33,146 bases of DNA from a virus (Duplodnaviria > Heunggongvirae > Uroviricota > Caudoviricetes), in IMG/VR virus record IMGVR_UViG_3300034102_002845; one strand, 5' to 3'. Below, in pieces: positions 15,239-24,600 of this stretch. The position numbers were made by a program, and so were the translations under genes. The notes below the pieces were generated by a model. It did no database searches. It was not told where the DNA came from and saw nothing but the letters and a program-made list of their open reading frames with translations. Numbering within the stretch: position 1 is the stretch's first letter; each line of letters begins with the position of its first letter.

Positions 15239-18169
15239 ATGAGAACCAGCGAACTCGGCTACCCTGTCCTGTCTACTCCACTGCACAATAAGGTTTTCGG
15301 CAGACAAAAGGCAGCTTCAATGGGAGTTAAGGCACGTCAAAAGGCCGAACGACTCTTAAAGCAATTTGGTATATCTGTCCCTGTTGATCACCCAGACAAC
15401 CTGTACGATGGTCCCTTGCCCCTTCCAAGCTTAAGGGGTAGCAATTTACAGGAGCACTTTGAAAACATAGCAACAGAGCAGGTAGGGGTGTACAAAACCC
15501 TTGCGAATTCTCTAGCGGGGTGCAAACTCCCAAAACTCCCTGCAGTTTCCGATTTCGTATATCAGGCGGGATGGACACGCTATGAGTTTGTGGACGGGAA
15601 GTTTATTGTCGAGTCCGTACCCTTCCCTCTCGAAGAGGCTTTCACGTACGACACTGAAACCTTTGTAAAAGCGGGTGCATTTCCAATTATTGGGACAGCA
15701 CTAAGCGAAAAAGCAACCTACATTTGGCTCGCGGCAGAGCTTATTGACCCAACCCTACCCGAGGAAGAGTGGGACCAACACGACCTTATTCCCATTGGGG
15801 AGAACCGGTTTGTAGCGGGCCACAACATTAGCTACGATCGTGTGAGAACACGAGAAGGATACTCACTTAGCCGTAACAAGCCTGAAAACTTTTACTTTGA
15901 CACCCTCTCCGCGCATATCGGAGTGTCGGGTTTGGCATCAGGACAACGGTGGTTGTACCTTCTTGCGGCAAAAGACCCAGAAAACCTGACTGAAGAGGAA
16001 AAGAGAAAGCTCAGGTACGCACCAAAGTGGCTAGATGAGGGCTCAACAAACAGCTTGGTCCAGTGTTACAACTTTCACGTTTATGAGGTTCGAAAGTATT
16101 TCGGCGATGAGACTGTCCGCCCGCTTAACCAAGGGGACAAGAAGATACGAGACATTTTCGTAGACGCTACGCACATCTCGCAAATCACAGCAGTTCTTGA
16201 GAAGGCCGTAGAGTACGCGGTAAGGGACGCATTTTACACGGCAGAGCTTTTTCAGGCTTTGTGGCCGAAGTATCTCGATAGCACTCCCTCAATGGTGGGC
16301 CTTTGCGGCCACTACCACTTAAACGGCTCGGTCGTACCACTGGTAGAAAACTGGGCTGAGTGGATTCAGAACACAGAAAGAGTGTTCCATGAGCACAGCC
16401 AGGAAATGACCGAGCTGTGCAGAGAACTTGTGTGGAAAACGTACAACGAGTGGAAGACTGTCCTTAATAGCGTGGAGGACCCGGAGGAGGGCATCACGAA
16501 GGCGCAGGAGTGGGCAGAGCAAGACCCTTGGGTGTCTCAGCTTAATTGGGAGCTTTGGAGTAGAAAAGGAAAGTACGCGTGGGTCCCTACTTGGGTGCAA
16601 CCCTTTGTGAAAGATCCGCAACAGCACATCGGAGTGAAGTCTCAATTGGCTCACTTGCTGTTGAAGCTCAAGTACGAGGGATCACACATTGTTCAAACCA
16701 AAACAGAGGGTTGGTGCTACTACGATGAAACAGGTAGCCTTGTAAAAGTTCCCCACCCTAAAGGGACCGGGGATAATACCGGAGTGTTACTCAGCAAGGA
16801 CTTTGTCCAAGATATGGAAACCGGGAGGCTAAGTAGCGATCTCCCTGAAGCTAAGAGAGCTCTGGAGATTTCAAACGCTATTTCTTACTGGACTTCTGTT
16901 CGTAAGCGGGTGATGGACCGGATCTTCCTCCGCGCTGAAAACCCGCATGGTTCGTCCGCTCTCGTGACTCTTCCCGAGATTCTCTGCCACGGGACGGTAA
17001 CTCGAAGAACCGTTGAAAGCTTGATGGCAACCATGTGCTCCACGAAAAACTGGAGAATTGGCACGGAGCTGAAAACACGAGTGCAGGCCCCCGAAGGCTG
17101 GAAAATTGTAAGCGCCGACTACGATGGTCAAGAGCTTCAGATCGCATCCATATACAGCGATACTTGGGAGGGTGGCTTTGTCGGATGCTCGCCGATGGGC
17201 TACAATGTCCTGTCAGGATCCAAGGAAAACGGCACTGATCCCCACACCGCTCTTGCTCGGGCCATTCTCCCTGAGATGTATAAGGGGCTTGTGTGGGACA
17301 GGAAGCTAGGAATTTGTTACAGTCATGAGAGTGAACCGTTGAATGTACCAAATTGTGTAAAGGCTGGAGAAAAATGGTTAAGCCCAATTGAACCCCAGTT
17401 GTACAAACTCCTGGCGAAAGCCAGAGACCTGAGTAAGATTGTCGGTTTTGCAACCTTGTACGGGGGGAGCGTAAGAGCATTGAGCACTCCAATTCGACGA
17501 ACTTTTCCTGAGAAAGGAGAGAGAGAAGTTAAGGATTTCGCACTGAAAGCACTGTCCTCGAAAAAAGGTGTTCTTGTGAACGGAGTGTATGAAGGTGGTT
17601 CTGACTCCGGCGCATTCAACTTGATGGAGCGAATCTCCATGAAGACAAAGGTTCCTCAGCTGCCTTGCCTTGGTACCAAAATTTCGACTGCAATGCGACC
17701 TGCGGCAGTTGGGACCGACTTTAGGACAGGACGCACAAACTGGGCCATCCAGGCATCGGGTGCCGAAATTCTATCCATAACGCTCACGGCTGTCGCGTGG
17801 CTAGCGGAAGAGTACAAAATTCCCTACCGCTTCATTATCAGCATTCATGACGAACTTCACTTCATGACTCCCGATCGGTACGCTACACAGTTTGCCGTTT
17901 TGTTTCAAATTGCCCATCTTTATACCTGGGCGAATTTCCATAGCGCAATGGATATACCGGAGCTTCCACTGAGTCGTGCGTTCTTCTCCTCAGTAGCAAT
18001 TGACTCTCGGATTCGTAAGTCCCCAAAAGAGTGCACGGTAACACCTTCAAACCCCCACGGTGCGAAAGAACCTAACGGAGTTGAGTACTCGATGACCGAA
18101 CTCGGTGAGATTGGGGCTGTAGACAAGCTAAAGACACGATACGAAGCTATTCAAAAAGGATTGATTTGA
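15239..18169 (+). CDS. family A DNA polymerase, mitochondrial Pol gamma-like, with 3'-5' exonuclease
   Basis: ExoI YDTET, ExoII GHNISYDRVR, DTLSAHIGVSGLAS.QR, SYW...RKR, GTVTRRTVE, motif A IGTELKTRVQAPEGWKIVSADYDGQEL, motif B R...K...F...YGG, NW.IQ.SG, motif C FIISIHDE, AFFSSV.ID..+RK; these blocks match Pol gamma-specific patterns. Confidence 0.93.
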   Translation: MRTSELGYPVLSTPLHNKVFGRQKAASMGVKARQKAERLLKQFGISVPVDHPDNLYDGPLPLPSLRGSNLQEHFENIATEQVGVYKTLANSLAGCKLPKLPAVSDFVYQAGWTRYEFVDGKFIVESVPFPLEEAFTYDTETFVKAGAFPIIGTALSEKATYIWLAAELIDPTLPEEEWDQHDLIPIGENRFVAGHNISYDRVRTREGYSLSRNKPENFYFDTLSAHIGVSGLASGQRWLYLLAAKDPENLTEEEKRKLRYAPKWLDEGSTNSLVQCYNFHVYEVRKYFGDETVRPLNQGDKKIRDIFVDATHISQITAVLEKAVEYAVRDAFYTAELFQALWPKYLDSTPSMVGLCGHYHLNGSVVPLVENWAEWIQNTERVFHEHSQEMTELCRELVWKTYNEWKTVLNSVEDPEEGITKAQEWAEQDPWVSQLNWELWSRKGKYAWVPTWVQPFVKDPQQHIGVKSQLAHLLLKLKYEGSHIVQTKTEGWCYYDETGSLVKVPHPKGTGDNTGVLLSKDFVQDMETGRLSSDLPEAKRALEISNAISYWTSVRKRVMDRIFLRAENPHGSSALVTLPEILCHGTVTRRTVESLMATMCSTKNWRIGTELKTRVQAPEGWKIVSADYDGQELQIASIYSDTWEGGFVGCSPMGYNVLSGSKENGTDPHTALARAILPEMYKGLVWDRKLGICYSHESEPLNVPNCVKAGEKWLSPIEPQLYKLLAKARDLSKIVGFATLYGGSVRALSTPIRRTFPEKGEREVKDFALKALSSKKGVLVNGVYEGGSDSGAFNLMERISMKTKVPQLPCLGTKISTAMRPAAVGTDFRTGRTNWAIQASGAEILSITLTAVAWLAEEYKIPYRFIISIHDELHFMTPDRYATQFAVLFQIAHLYTWANFHSAMDIPELPLSRAFFSSVAIDSRIRKSPKECTVTPSNPHGAKEPNGVEYSMTELGEIGAVDKLKTRYEAIQKGLI

Positions 18170-18375
18170 GACTAACTATGAAAACACCCATCAAGATCAA
18201 AAAGCCACGAGTTCAATCCGCAGACATATACCCATGCAGAACAAAAGTAGGCATGTACTGGTGGCCGATCCCGTTTGACAAGAACGGAAGATTCATCCCG
18301 TCGTCTGTGGACTGTTTGTACTCACAAGAGTACTTCTCCCAAGGTGATGCAATTCGCATGCTTCGTTCTCTATAA
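18166..18375 (+). CDS. hypothetical protein
   Basis: 69-aa ORF overlapping the polymerase stop; start uncertain. Confidence 0.55.
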   Translation: MRLTMKTPIKIKKPRVQSADIYPCRTKVGMYWWPIPFDKNGRFIPSSVDCLYSQEYFSQGDAIRMLRSL

Positions 18376-18392
18376 CTAACAAGAGCTTAATT

Positions 18393-19349
18393 GTGGGACA
18401 CTACTTAGAAAAGCTACTAAAGTGGTTGGGGTTTGGTTCCGAAGGGAAGCGACCAATTTGCGCAGACTCGTCTAACTCCACCGAGTTTCTAGAAAGCTGT
18501 GACGACTTTCTTGAGTGGGTGAATAACCCTACCACGTCTATCGCCGATCTTGAAAATTACGGAAAAGACAATCCCATAACATTTTTTGATAAAACCCTAA
18601 CTTTCCCACCAAACCCATCGAAAGGGCAAATACACCACTGTCCAGCCGAGGGTAGGAGGTATATTTGGATGGAGACCGCGAGTAGCTCAAACTGGGTGCC
18701 CTTGCTTGACCAAACTTGTGTCTCACCCTTGGGGAGTCTTGTGCAGGGGTCCGGTGGCGCTGGTGGAGCCGGTGGCGCGGCGGGTGCGGCGGGGGTAGAG
18801 CTCGCGTACACTCCGTGGAACCACCTACCCCCCACAAGAGCTGTTACAATTCTGGCGCACGAGAGCGGCGACAGAAACCACCCACCTTCAGGATCCTACA
18901 TAGATGGTTCCACATGGGTTCACCCGTTGTTAGAAGAATCCCACCGACTTGTACTTGTGGTGAGAGAGGGTAAATGGCGGCTCACTCATAAGTCAGCCGA
19001 AGAGTTAGAGACCTACTTGCGTTTGTACCCCAACACAAGATTCAACACTTACTTGACCGATGCGCAAATTAGAGATGCTGTAGAGATAATCATGCTTAAC
19101 ACTCTTGGAAGTTTGACTCACCCGTACCACAAAAGTTTAACTAAGCTGCTTGTATTTGGGAATGGGGGCAAAGCCTTGTGTATACCTAAGGAGAATTTGC
19201 ACGACATGACACCTTCTTTATTTGTTAAGCAGCTGCAAAAGCTGAAAAGAAGTAAGGGTGAAGACCCTGGTTATGAAAAAATGAGGTACATGTCTCAACC
19301 TTTGGACGACTTTCACACTCCCCCAACATGCCGTTCCCCCTTCCCCTAG
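18393..19349 (+). CDS. hypothetical protein with FPPNP..GQ...W motif and Gly/Ala linker
   Basis: 318-aa ORF; FPPNPSKGQ...YIW....W resembles short motifs of phage fibre/virion proteins; GGAGGAGGAAGAAG linker. Confidence 0.65.
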   Translation: MGHYLEKLLKWLGFGSEGKRPICADSSNSTEFLESCDDFLEWVNNPTTSIADLENYGKDNPITFFDKTLTFPPNPSKGQIHHCPAEGRRYIWMETASSSNWVPLLDQTCVSPLGSLVQGSGGAGGAGGAAGAAGVELAYTPWNHLPPTRAVTILAHESGDRNHPPSGSYIDGSTWVHPLLEESHRLVLVVREGKWRLTHKSAEELETYLRLYPNTRFNTYLTDAQIRDAVEIIMLNTLGSLTHPYHKSLTKLLVFGNGGKALCIPKENLHDMTPSLFVKQLQKLKRSKGEDPGYEKMRYMSQPLDDFHTPPTCRSPFP

Positions 19350-19543
19350 ACCCCGACTTTAGGAAAGAAGTCACAGAGAGTTGGATCGAGGACATTTACG
19401 ATCGCCTGGAACTAGGTGACAGGGAAAGTGCGAAGAAAAGTTGGGAAGTCGCAAATAAGCTTTATCTCTCCCTCCCCCCTGGGCAGGGGGATTTTTTCAT
19501 TGAGGAAAGGCTCTTAGAAGCTAGGGTAAAACTAGAGCGGTAA
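19328..19543 (+). CDS. hypothetical protein
   Basis: 71-aa helical ORF. Confidence 0.6.
   Translation: MPFPLPLDPDFRKEVTESWIEDIYDRLELGDRESAKKSWEVANKLYLSLPPGQGDFFIEERLLEARVKLER
19524..19532 (+). promoter_or_regulatory. GGGTAAAAC motif, putative late promoter
   Basis: 35 nt upstream of the first tail gene. Confidence 0.5.
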
Positions 19544-19558
19544 AGATACAACATCACC

Positions 19559-19882
19559 ATGCGAACTGTAGCTACAGAACCAAACCCACCCGCAGAACCA
19601 AACACCCGTCACGATCTTCTAACCTTTAGCGGAGCCTTGTCGGACGGAAGACAGATCACAGTTCGTGAAATGACTGGACGAGACCTGCTCTATATCGAGG
19701 ACGAATTGTCGGCACTCGGGGAGACACGGCAGAGCTTTCACCTTGTTGAACGACTAAACGTGGGGCCTGAAAAAGTGTCCTTTGACGAAGTTGCAGACAT
19801 GGGTGCTCGAGACCTGAAGGTTGTAGTCGGGTTGATTAAACAGGCTAACGGGTCCGAAGAAGGAAAGAAAGACCCAAAATAA
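19559..19882 (+). CDS. tail assembly chaperone (lambda gpG / Mu gp41-like)
   Basis: ITVREMTGRDLL pattern; ends at slippery heptamer C CCA AAA before TAA. Confidence 0.7.
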   Translation: MRTVATEPNPPAEPNTRHDLLTFSGALSDGRQITVREMTGRDLLYIEDELSALGETRQSFHLVERLNVGPEKVSFDEVADMGARDLKVVVGLIKQANGSEEGKKDPK

Positions 19883-20304
19883 CCGTTGAAGAACTCGAAG
19901 ACTTTTCCTTTTTAGTATCGGTAGGGCGAAACAAGGCAGTCCATGTTCGGGACATTGTCCCGAAAGACTTTATCTTCGCTAGAGTTCTACAAGATAAGGG
20001 TTTAAGTGCCATGGGACTACTTGTCAGGTTAATAAAGAACCCTGAAAGTCTTGAGACTTTATCCTCCACCAACTTTCGAGCCCTCTACAAGTGGGTCACT
20101 GATAATATTCTCAACGAGAGTATTCTCACTCCGGAAAGTTGGATGGAGATTTCGTTCCACCTGAACAAGCAACGCTGGGACAGCGGAATCGACTGGCTTG
20201 AAGCTCAACCGATGTCACGAATAAAGCGCATGATTGAAATAAATCAGAAAGTTGCTGAGCAGCAGCAAGACGAGATCAAAAAGTCAAGGAGAGCAGGCCG
20301 CTAA
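19559..20304 (+). CDS. tail assembly chaperone, -1 frameshift extension (GT-like, ~248 aa)
   Basis: X XXY YYZ heptamer CCCAAAA at 19873-19879; the -1 frame is open from 19849 to 20304 and includes track ORF 20011..20304. Confidence 0.7.
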
Positions 20305-20714
20305 TGTTCAAGTTTAACCTAAGAACACCTTTCAAGGGTGAGCCATTCAACCCAAATTGGTGGGAACCCACGAAGTTAGAGTGGGCCCCTGTACTCCTAA
20401 ACGAAAACAAACCGTACTGGAAAAACCAGACTGACACGAACGGTCGAGCCTGGCGCCCACTTACAACACAGTACCGTGCTTGGAAGAGAAAGCAGTACGG
20501 CGATCTCCCAATTCTCAGGGTAACAGGAAAGATGCAGGATACTGCAAAAGTCTTATCTTACCTTAAAAACGATCGCTTTGCGGTCCTTACGACTAGTGTA
20601 GGACCCTACCACCAGTTTGGTACAAAAAACATGGCTGCAAGGCCGTGGATGGGGGTGCCTAAGTCATCTCTCGAAAAACTTTCAGGAATCGCCTGGAAAC
20701 ACATTCTCAATTAA
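20304..20714 (+). CDS. phage virion morphogenesis protein (Mu gpG / P2 gpS-like)
   Basis: W.PL...Y...K....IL..TG.M.......YHQFGT..M.ARP++G. Confidence 0.8.
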   Translation: MFKFNLRTPFKGEPFNPNWWEPTKLEWAPVLLNENKPYWKNQTDTNGRAWRPLTTQYRAWKRKQYGDLPILRVTGKMQDTAKVLSYLKNDRFAVLTTSVGPYHQFGTKNMAARPWMGVPKSSLEKLSGIAWKHILN

Positions 20715-20723
20715 CTCATCACC

Positions 20724-21137
20724 ATGACAAAGACAAGAGCTAAGGACGACAAGGGACAATTTCTTGGAGACAACCCCGCAACGCCGGACGTAGACGAGGC
20801 GTGGGTCGAAGACAAGAGCGAAGTTGCACCTGCCGAGGGGAACAACGCCGATTCAACCGTTGAGGACAAGGTTGAGAAACCGTCGCAAGAGCCCGCCACG
20901 GTGGAGCTTAAGACATCTGAAACAACTGCGTTGAAAGAAAAGCAGAGCAAGGAGTCCATTGAAGCTTCCGTACAAGAAAAGCTCTCAAAAAGACTAGACG
21001 GTGAAGTAGACCCTTTCATCCCGTCGGCACAGCTTCAAAAGGAAGTTAAAGAGATTGCAAGTCAGGAGGGTTTCCAACTCACACGTGGAACCGAAGCTGG
21101 TGCGGCTCTCATGGCCCGCGCACGTAGGTCTGCTTAA
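20724..21137 (+). CDS. phage hypothetical protein (RAKDDKGQF..D.P.TP..DEAW motif)
   Basis: N-terminal motif common in phage hypotheticals; acidic low-complexity middle. Confidence 0.7.
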   Translation: MTKTRAKDDKGQFLGDNPATPDVDEAWVEDKSEVAPAEGNNADSTVEDKVEKPSQEPATVELKTSETTALKEKQSKESIEASVQEKLSKRLDGEVDPFIPSAQLQKEVKEIASQEGFQLTRGTEAGAALMARARRSA

Positions 21138-21139
21138 TC

Positions 21140-21502
21140 GTGAAATCATTTGTCTTCCAACCTGGAATGACCTGGAGAAAGCTAGGGTACGGGTTTCACT
21201 CGGACTCCTTGGCTTACCGAGAAGTTCTAAACTACAACCCCAAGTGGTCTGTCGTTGAGCTTCCCCCTCCAGGGACAGTTCTTCAAGAGGGGGCAAACAC
21301 AGCAGGGTCAGGGGCATCACAGCAGTCCCCAATATTCGGTAGAAGTTCAGGGCAGACATCCTTGGACTTCTACCCCTTTTCAAGCGAAGCAGAATACTTT
21401 TTGTCCTTGTCATCCTACAATCGGTCCGCCCTTCGTGAAGTGAGCAGGTTGAACGGGTGGTCACTCGATAGCTCCGAAGTTGTTACCGGACAGGTAGGGT
21501 AA
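21140..21502 (+). CDS. tail protein X / LysM-like baseplate protein (putative)
   Basis: FQPG.TW..L.......L.Y..+L..NP......PPGTVL pattern like P2 gpX; position in the tail cluster. Confidence 0.5.
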   Translation: MKSFVFQPGMTWRKLGYGFHSDSLAYREVLNYNPKWSVVELPPPGTVLQEGANTAGSGASQQSPIFGRSSGQTSLDFYPFSSEAEYFLSLSSYNRSALREVSRLNGWSLDSSEVVTGQVG

Positions 21503-21505
21503 AAC
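21497..21505 (+). promoter_or_regulatory. GGGTAAAAC motif, putative late promoter
   Basis: 104 nt upstream of the sheath ATG. Confidence 0.55.
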
Positions 21506-21600
21506 CTCTAGGTATACACCCTAAACCTTTGGCCTACGGGCACCACCGCCGGACTTATCCTCGCCGGCACAAAGGTAAGGAAAAGGAGGAATCTACCCAA

Positions 21601-24600
21601 ATGGCAACTTTTTCTTTCGGCACCGGTATCGTCCCCGGAGCACCAGGTACATATATCAACGAGCGTGTTGGAAATGTAGCTTCCACCGGTATTGCCTCGT
21701 TCAACACAACTTACATGTTGGTTGAAACTGAGGAAGACGTCACTGTCGCACGTTTCCCTTTCAACACACCAGTTCCAGTATCTTCACTAACCGACTACAA
21801 AGCCTTGGTAGGGAAAGTTCCCGAAACTCGTATTCCCCTCCTTAGCTACAACTGTGTGAATGCATTCTTTTTGAATGCGCAAGTTGGTGATCTTCGAGTC
21901 GTTCGTGTTGGAACTCCAAACCAGATTGTAGAAATAGAGATTCTTCCGTCGGGCTCCAAGATTAGTAGCACTGGCCTTCCATCTACCCTTAAAGCTGGCG
22001 ACGTAGTTTATGCACAGCTTATCTTAAACGGATTGAAGCTTGTTGCTGGAGACGGCTCAAACGGATACACATCCGAAGGGGAATGGCTCGGCGTGCCAAC
22101 AGTAATTCCTGTTGATTACATTTCCGGTGACAAGGTCAATAACCGCAAAATTTCTGCCGCAATTTCAAGCTCAATCGCCGCAGCTATTCAAAGTAACCCA
22201 AGTGTAAGCAGTGCCATATTCGTTCGTGACTCGGGCCTCGCAAACGATTTGCTCCCTTCCTCAAACTCGGAAAGCGGCTACGTAACAATTGCAGCAGCCA
22301 CCTACGACGGGAGTGTTTCCGTAGTAACCGAGCAACTGCCAGTTGGAGCGCAAAAGGTCTTAATGCAGACCGCGTACAGTATTCAAAATGTCGTTGGCCT
22401 TCAAAACAATCTTGAGCGAGTTCCTCAGGATTACGTTCAGTGTATTAACACTGCCTTTGACGGACAAGCAAACCAAGGGTACCTTGTAACTCCCACCGCG
22501 TACGCTCAATTCGACGCCGAAGGCCGGTCCCTAGTTGGAGCAGCAGCTGCCGCACACTGCCAGGACAACAACTTTAAGTGGATGGCCGCAGCAGACCCAG
22601 GCTCCTTCCTTGTTACCGACGTAAACAAGTACAAAGAATACACTCCGCATCAGCCCGCAGAAGACCTTGTAACCGACAACCTATACCTGGTTGATAACGC
22701 CATCTATCAGTGGAAGGGTGAAGAAGTAACATACGACCGTCTAAAACACCAGACCCTAGTTCCCGGCTACGACCCTAAGGTTGCTGTTCAGTCGTCAGTG
22801 GAGGGAGTAGCGGAGGGCGAAACTGTTGGCCTCCTGGACTTAGCCAAGTTCACAGTCACATCCTCTGCCTCTCTAGCCAACCGGGGAGTCTTCGCCCTGG
22901 GGTCAAGCACAGTTTGGCCGGTAGACTACCAGATTCAACGAGTAACATTGAGTGGCCTTGGCGCGGATTTTCTGCCCCTACTTCCACTTGGAGAAACCTC
23001 AACTGAGGTGTACTTCGTGGCACCCCCACTTTCCAGTGCCCAATACGGAACGTACCCATCAGACGGACAAGTACAATACGTTTATATCGCACAAACTTCT
23101 ACTCAAGCTGTGTCAATTCTGGCTGAAGTTACAGCCTTGGGGGGTACCAGTGCTGCATTAAACGCACCTCTAACTCCCTCCGGAGCATTCAGTGTTGCAT
23201 CCCCAACTTCAAGTACAGCTCAAGCGACTTATACCACACCCCAGTGGGATTTACCTGTAACTATTGAGGGTCAGACCTCAAACTTGATTCACAATCTGAC
23301 TGGTGCTCCTGCTTTTGTGAACACTCTCCACTTACCTGGAAGCTTACAGAACACCACCGATGACTACCGCCTATCCTTTGTAAGCCGCTCACTATTCAAC
23401 CCCTCAACTGTGCTTTCCTCAAGCACTGTCCCAGGATACACCGGTGCCGCTTCCTTCGGAGTAACATCTCACAAATTAGTTAACGGACAGAAACTTTTCT
23501 TTACTAAGCCCATTCTGGCAGGCACTGCAACCCTCTTTAAGGCAACAGTTAGAAACAATCTACAAGCTTATTATGTTAAGGTAATTGACCCCGATAAGTT
23601 TGTACTTGCAACTTCTAGCTCCAACTACCTTGCAGGTTCTTACGTTCCCTATCCTGTTGGGATGGTAAGCATTTCCACGAGTCCCACCATCCTGTACACT
23701 TCGGTCCTAGGCGGCGGGTTAACTACTGTAAACCTCTCGGAGTTGAGCGTTGTTCCGTTGGTTCGAGGGAGAAAGTACGGACTGGCTTCGGGTACAATCG
23801 CAGACCGTGCGTACGATCACAACTTGCTCACGGCGAACGACGATCCAACTGTATCCCTGTACCTGAACTCAAGTCCTTTAGTTATTGGGTCGGAGCACGT
23901 CTACCCGTACGGTGAAACTGCTAACGCGGGGTGGTTACCCTCTTTAGAACTTGTGGGGCCTGGGGAGACCTCAACGAGTGTTGAGAACTTTCTTTGCACC
24001 CCCACTGTGGACCAAAACTTCTCCTCGGAAGCACACATCGTCCCTGTGATCGATCCGATTTTCGGAGGAAACTTCAGCGCAAGTACCACTGTTGTCCTCG
24101 GAAAGCTTGTTTCTGTGACGCCATACGTCACCGCTTGTGGTCTCCTCGTTGACAGCACTGGAGTTGCAATTCAAGCAGCTCTCTCAAAATTGAGCGGAGT
24201 TTATTTTAACGTTACGGTTGCACCGGCGAACTCCGTTGCTCCTGACGGAGTTACACGAGTCGTTGTCGGGGACAGGTTGGCGGTTACATTTGACGGCTCA
24301 TCCTACAGTTGGGTTGTTGTGCCGGCGAACACCCTTGGCGGTGACTTGAGCACAGTTTCCACTGTTTGTTACGGTTCACAAGTTGAATTTGCTCTCACTC
24401 CTGAACAAACACCAAGCACAAATCTGTGGAGATTCGAGACCATCACGTCTACCGAAATTATCGACGAAGCACTTCGTGGTGTTGGATTTGCAGGCGAACC
24501 CCAAGCTGTGTTTGTGGAAGCGGGTGTTGACAATGTCAACAGACTATTCGAGGACAGCCAGCGCTACTTCAATGCCTTCGGCTTCATTGCTTTCTACGGC

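Noticed and set aside
15239-18169. Possible intein or intron in the polymerase or topoisomerase
   Set aside because: Conserved motifs are contiguous, with no C/S...HN intein ends, LAGLIDADG motifs or group I cores seen.
21529-21600. Track start for the sheath at TTG 21529 (MAYGHHRRTYPRRHKG...)
   Set aside because: The extension covers a structured leader; the AAGGAGG SD and the PGxYI.E motif support ATG 21601.
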